Shown: positions 63,003-64,000 of the stretch, piece by piece
Layout of the letters: the number at the start of each line of letters is the position of its first letter
How positions within the stretch are numbered: position 1 is the first letter of the stretch
DNA from: Lama guanicoe
Lineage: Eukaryota
Reading direction: 5' to 3'
Assembly: GCA_013239625.1 (NCBI GenBank)
Contig: MU056029.1
Span: forward strand, 372,001-436,000
DNA: 64,000 nt
Notes under the pieces: model-generated
Databases searched by the model: none
Told to the model about the DNA's origin: nothing
The model's input: the letters and a program-made list of their open reading frames with translations, nothing else
Program-made: the position numbers and the translations under genes

Positions 63003-63743
63003 ATACTCCTAGTGGAAAACATAGGCAGAACACTCTTGGACATAAATCACAGCAATATTTTTTTTTTCAAACCAGCTTCTGGAATAATGGAAATAAAAGC
63101 AAAAATAAACAAACGGGGCCTAACTAAACTTCAAAGCTTTTGCACAGCTAAGGATATCATCAACAAAATGAAAAGACAACCTACAGAATGGGAGAAAATA
63201 TTTGCAAATAGTGCGACCGACAAGGGACTAATTTACAAAATATACAAACAGCTCATACAGCTTAATATCAAAACAAAAAAGTAACCCAAACAAAAATTGG
63301 GCAGAACACCTAAATACTAAATAGACATCTCTCCAAAGTAGACATTCAGATGGCCAACAAGACATGAAAAGATGCCCAAGATCATTAATTGTTAGAGAAA
63401 TGAAAATCAAAACTACAATGACATTATCACCTCACATCAGTCAGAATGGCCATCATTATAAAGTCTACAAATAAATGCTGGAGAGGGTGTGGAGAAAAGG
63501 GAACCCTCCTACACTGTTGGTGAGAATGTATATTGGGACAGACAGTATGACGGTTCCTTAAAAAAATAAAAATGAACCTACCATATGATCCAGCAATCCC
63601 CTTCCTGGGTATATATCTGGAGGAAAATACAATTCGAAAAGACACATGCACCCCAATGTTCACAGCAGCACTATTTACAATAGCCAAGACATGGAAGCAA
63701 CCTAAATGTCCATGGATAGCTGACTGGATAAAGCAGATGTAGT

Positions 63744-63782
<39 letters not shown>

Positions 63783-64000
63783 TGGACTACTACTCAGCCA
63801 TAAAAAAGAATAAAATAATACCATGTGCAGCAACATGGATGGACCTGGAGATCATCTTTCTAAGTAAGCCAGAAAGAGAAAGAAAAATACCATATGACAT
63901 CACTTACATGTGGACTCTAAAAACAAGACACAAATGAACTTATTTATAAAACAGAAACAGACTCACAGACATAGAGAACAGATTTACGGTTACCAGGGGT
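63003..64000 (+). mobile_element. L1 ORF2 3' part and 3' UTR running off the window; contains (CA)n at about 63747-63780
   Basis: ORF ENIGRTLLDI...KSFCTAK-like (QSFCTAKDIINKMKRQPTEWEKIFAN) is L1 ORF2; stops and frameshifts present. Confidence 0.95.

Larger units (their letters stand above)
33087..64000 (-). other. ATP10A: Part of the long intron upstream of the exon (probably ATP10A intron 1)
   Basis: AG acceptor at 33088-33087. No sequence encoding the N-terminal exon (e.g. TTKYTLLSFLPKNLFEQF) and no promoter-type CpG island seen in this interval. Confidence 0.8.

Noticed and set aside
51986..63284. L1 ORF2-like ORFs (51986-52390, 63012-63284) as functional genes or an active L1
   Set aside because: 5'-truncated with frameshifts and stops; no intact ORF1 or ORF2 in the window.
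1..64000. CRISPR arrays, prokaryotic systems, rRNA, snoRNA clusters or a miRNA hairpin
   Set aside because: The sequence is mammalian intronic DNA. I saw no repeat-spacer array, repeated C/D-box units or long pre-miRNA-like hairpin, although an Rfam/Infernal scan was not possible.

Overview
Mammalian genomic DNA, most likely from a camelid (alpaca, vicuna or camel) draft assembly. The assignment rests on 12 copies of a tRNA-Ala(AGC)-derived SINE resembling camelid vic-1, artiodactyl-type L1 3' ends, and one 196-N gap. The only supportable coding sequence is a 205-bp minus-strand exon (32882-33086) with canonical splice sites. It encodes part of the actuator domain, including the DGET motif, of the P4-ATPase flippase ATP10A and matches exon 2 as I recall it from human and mouse. 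The rest of the window is therefore probably ATP10A intron 1 (above 33086) and intron 2 (below 32882). These are filled with old and young L1 fragments, SINEs, ERV1-class solo LTRs, MaLR and ERVL relics, MER5/MER20 and microsatellites. I did not find a convincing undescribed biological system. The best leads are local and testable: a young sense-oriented solo LTR, a 217-bp tandem duplication, a SINE deletion creating a candidate cryptic 3' splice site 199 nt upstream of the exon, a candidate 42-nt poison exon, a fold-back palindrome that created an AP-1 site, and inverted repeat pairs that could form dsRNA. Repeat family names come from recognition, not a database search, and boundaries of old repeats are approximate.
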